Below are positions 61,086 to 64,000 of a stretch of 64,000 nucleotides of DNA, piece by piece. The notes beneath the pieces are model-generated. The model had not been told where the DNA came from and made no database searches. It was given only the letters and a program-made list of their open reading frames with translations. The translations under genes and the position numbers were made by a program. Numbering within the stretch: position 1 is the first letter of the stretch; each line of letters starts with the position of its first letter. Source of the DNA: an uncultured Chloroflexia bacterium (GTDB lineage: Bacteria; Chloroflexota; Limnocylindria; Limnocylindrales; CSP1-4); assembly GCA_963748625.1 (NCBI GenBank), contig CAVVJT010000005.1:32001-96000 (forward strand), written 5' to 3'.

Positions 61086-62334
61086 CTACGCCGGCGTGCC
61101 GAGCGCGTCCAGCGCGGCGGCGGCATAGAGGGCGACACCAACGGCCATGGCACTCCTCGTGGAACACCACGAGGTTGGAGTGGTTCTGAGGCACGGTCGC
61201 AGGATCCGAGCCCGGGATCGCGGCGCCCAGGAACGCCATGGCGCCCGGGACCGCCTCGGTGACGTAGGCGAAGTCCTCGGCGCCCATGATCGGGTGCTCG
61301 AACACGTCGACGTTCTCCGCGCCCACGAGGTCCCCGGCGAGGCCGATGATCCAGCTCGCGATGGCGTCGTCATTCACGAGCACGGGGTAGCCGGGCTCGA
61401 TCCGGAAGTCGAGGGAGGCGCCGTGGGCCGCCACGACGCCCTCGGCCACGCGGCGCACCAGCGCGTGCATGTGCTCGCGAGTCCCGGGTGAGACGCAGCG
61501 GATCGTGCCCTGGAGCTCCACCGACCCGGGGATGATGTTGTGGGTGGTGCCGGCTGCGAACTTGCCGATCGTGAGGACGGCCGGGTCGAAGACGTCCACG
61601 CTGCGGGTGACGGCGGCCTGGAGGGCGAGCACCAGCTCCGCGGCAACGGGGATCGGGTCGAGCGCCAGGTGCGGCGCGGAGGCATGCCCGCCACGGCCCT
61701 TGACCGTCATGAACACGGCGTCGGCCGAGGCCATCTCCGGACCCGGGCGTAGGCCGATGACCCCCGTGGGATAGCGCGTGCTGATGTGGATCGCGAAGGC
61801 ACGCGTGACGTCGCCAGCGCCGTGGGGACCTTCCGCGAGCAGCCCCTCGTCGAGCATCGCCTTGGCGCCCGCATACCCTTCCTCGCCGGGCTGGAACATC
61901 AGCAGCACGCGACCGTGCATATCCGAACGGCGCTCGTTGAGGAGGCGCGCGGCCCCGAGGAGCATCGCCATGTGGGTGTCATGGCCGCAGGCGTGCATCC
62001 TGCCCGGGTGCTCCGAGGCGAACTCGAGGTCCGTGTCCTCCTGGAGCGGCAGGCCGTCCATGTCGGCGCGAAGAAGGATCGTGGGCCCGGGGTGCTCGCC
62101 CTCGATGATCGCCGTCACGCTCGTGGTGGTGCTGCCGGGTCGCGGGGCGAGGCCGATGCCCTCGAGGGCTTCCCGCACGACCTGCTGGGTCAGGGGGAGC
62201 TCGAGGCCGACCTCCGGGATCCGGTGGAGGCGGCGGCGGACCTCGATGGTCTGCGGCAGCTGGGCGCGGGCGGCGGCCAGGAGGTGGTGTTCAGCGGCGA
62301 GCACGGGGAGGTCGGTCGCCGGGGTGTCGGACAT
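61086..62334 (-). CDS. M20D amidohydrolase, frameshift near 61150
   Basis: RRRLHRIPE, LRADMDGLP, MHACGHDTH, FQPGEEG, GGHAS, AEDF, NHS; C-terminus AMAVGVALY in another frame. Confidence 0.9.
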
Positions 62335-62449
62335 GTCGGACTCCGCGTGGGGGCAGGGCTGGGCGGGCAGGTCGGGGCGGGCCTGAGTTCGGGCCCATCG
62401 TATGCCCGGCTGCGCCGGTTGGGCCGAGGTCCCGTGCCCGGCCGGCGGC

Positions 62450-62505
62450 TTCTGGCATTCCGGCCGGCGTTCTGGCATTCCGGCCGGCGTTCTGGCATTC
62501 CGGCC
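62450..62505. repeat. 20-bp tandem repeat, ~3 copies
   Basis: ttctggcattccggccggcg at 62450 and 62470, partial at 62490. Confidence 0.85.
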
Positions 62506-62661
62506 CACGTGTGGGCCGTTTCCGCAGTCGGTGAGCGTGGTCCGGGCGCGAAGGTCGAGGTTTGCGACGCAGACCGTGCGGGCGAGGTTCGGATTCGCCC
62601 CCTACGTGGGCCGGGAACAGGTGTTGCCCGCCGCTCGGCGGCCGGAGCCCGCTGCCGCCGC

Positions 62662-63930
62662 TCAGCGACCCGCGCCGACGCCCGCCACCTCCCGCAGCAG
62701 CGGCTCCAGCGACCTCGCGAAGACCGCCTCCCAGCTGAACGATGTGCGGATCCGGCGTCGCAGGCCCAGGAGCAGGTCATCCCGCAGCACCCGCCCGATC
62801 ACCTGGGCGAGCGCCTCCGCGCCGGCATCGGGCGGCACATACGTGGCCGCGTCCCCCGCCAGCTCGCGCAGCACCGGCAGGTCCGTGCAGACGATCGGCA
62901 GGCGTGCCAGCCCGGCCTCCAGGATCGGCAGCCCGAACCCCTCGTCGGCGCTCGTGACCACCAGCACGTCGGCGACCCGGTACAGGCCGGCGACGGTCGC
63001 AGGCCCGGGCGGAGGACCGGTCAGCGACAGCAGGTGGACCGCGTCCGCGACACCCAGCGACGCCGCCAGCGCCACCAGCTCACCCGCGTACCCCTCGCCC
63101 CGTCCCTCGTGCGGGTCAGGTGGGCCGGTGACCAGCAGGTGGACATCGTCGCCGGCGGCCCGCAGTGCGGCCACCGCGCCGATCGCCAGCTCGAGCCGCT
63201 TGCGGCGGGTGATCCGGGCCGGCGCCAGGAGCACGACCGCCCCCGGGTCCACCGCCCCCGGCTCCGCCGCGAGCCCCCGCACCACGGACCGGCCCGCGCG
63301 CCCGAGCCCCAGGAACTCGTCGATGTCGATACCGTTGGGCACCACCGCGATCGGGCCGGCGGCCTCGCCGTAGACCGCCTCGAGCTCCCCGCGACGTGCC
63401 TCGGACACCGCCACGTGGCGGACCCCCGGCCATGCCGAGCCCAGCAGGCCCCACGGGTACCCGGCCGGGATCGAGGCCCCGGTGGCGCGCGCCGCGGACA
63501 GCGCATGGTCGTGATGCCAGGCGATGAGCGGAGGGCCGTCGCCACGCTCCACCAGCCGTGCCAGCGCCGCGGTGAGCGCGAGATTGAGCGGCAGCGAGCA
63601 CACGTTGTGGGCGACGAGCACGTCGAGCCCGTCCACCGCCGCCACAAGCCCCGCCTCCAGCTCAGCCACGGCGGCCTCGAACCCGGGCGGCACCACGCCC
63701 CGGTCCAGCGAGCGCCGGAGCGCCCCGATCCGCGCCGCCCGGGCATCGGCCAGGGGCAGGCGGATGGACGTCACACCCGGCATCGGCAGGCGCCCGCGTC
63801 CACGTCCCTGTCCCCGCCCGGCGATGATCCGCACGCGGTGCCCGGCCCCCGCGAGCAGCGCGGCATGCCGACCCACCACCCCCTCGACCCCGCCGACCAC
63901 CGGCGGTGCCGTGTAGTGGAGGAGCCCCAC
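62662..63930 (-). CDS. GT4-family glycosyltransferase
   Basis: HYTAPPVVGGVE, WHHD, VVPNGID, PARITRRK, EGFGLPILEAG. Confidence 0.9.
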   Translation of the reverse strand: MGLLHYTAPPVVGGVEGVVGRHAALLAGAGHRVRIIAGRGQGRGRGRLPMPGVTSIRLPLADARAARIGALRRSLDRGVVPPGFEAAVAELEAGLVAAVDGLDVLVAHNVCSLPLNLALTAALARLVERGDGPPLIAWHHDHALSAARATGASIPAGYPWGLLGSAWPGVRHVAVSEARRGELEAVYGEAAGPIAVVPNGIDIDEFLGLGRAGRSVVRGLAAEPGAVDPGAVVLLAPARITRRKRLELAIGAVAALRAAGDDVHLLVTGPPDPHEGRGEGYAGELVALAASLGVADAVHLLSLTGPPPGPATVAGLYRVADVLVVTSADEGFGLPILEAGLARLPIVCTDLPVLRELAGDAATYVPPDAGAEALAQVIGRVLRDDLLLGLRRRIRTSFSWEAVFARSLEPLLREVAGVGAGR

Positions 63931-63938
63931 CGAGAGCG

Positions 63939-64000
63939 TCAGATCGGAGCCTCCCCGAAGCAGTCCACCACCAGGTCGGCCAGCCGCCGCCGCAGGATGG
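63939..64000 (-). CDS. 3' end of an upstream gene (partial, unidentified)
   Basis: Reads ILRRRLADLVVDCFGEAPI* and stops just before the GT4 start. Confidence 0.4.
   Translation of the reverse strand, partial: ILRRRLADLVVDCFGEAPI

Noticed and set aside
62450-62505. Short repeats here and at 58090 and 16500 as CRISPR arrays
   Set aside because: Units are directly adjacent with no unique spacers, and there are no cas genes.
60445-62508. 687-aa M20 ORF as a fusion overlapping the nitroreductase
   Set aside because: Result of a frameshift near 61150; the true C-terminus ends at 61086 in another frame.

Overview
Very GC-rich bacterial chromosomal window. The gene style suggests a monoderm such as Chloroflexota or Actinomycetota; this is inference. 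No CRISPR array, integrase, transposase or prophage was seen. Contents in order: SIS sugar-phosphate isomerase/deaminase; group II PLP decarboxylase; two paralogous membrane-anchored Cys-containing hypothetical proteins; pyrR-pyrB-pyrC with a tandem PyrR-type leader and mini-ORF; RlpA-like protein; ECF sigma plus zinc anti-sigma; divergent GalT-like protein; lipB; OYE-family oxidoreductase; aldehyde dehydrogenase; a secreted Cys/Asp-repeat protein with an OmpR-type two-component system; a ~2500-aa multicopper oxidase with adhesin-like repeats and a NarL-type two-component system; single-chain PreT-PreA dihydropyrimidine dehydrogenase; tRNA-Gly(CCC); small accessory genes; a methylated-amine cluster (MttB-like, GcvT-fused dehydrogenase, DAO-family oxidase); DoxD-Rieske fusion; Ca/Na antiporter; hoxEFUYH [NiFe] hydrogenase whose HoxF is fused to a GltD/NfnB-like module; TY-Chap/YbjN-like protein; MFS transporter; nitroreductase; M20 amidohydrolase; GT4. 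Several genes carry single-base frameshifts that look like sequencing errors. The best novelty candidates are the HoxF-GltD hydrogenase, the giant multicopper-oxidase locus and its sensors, the pyrR leader, the PreT-PreA fusion and the DoxD-Tat-Rieske fusion. All functional calls come from motif recognition by eye; no searches were run.
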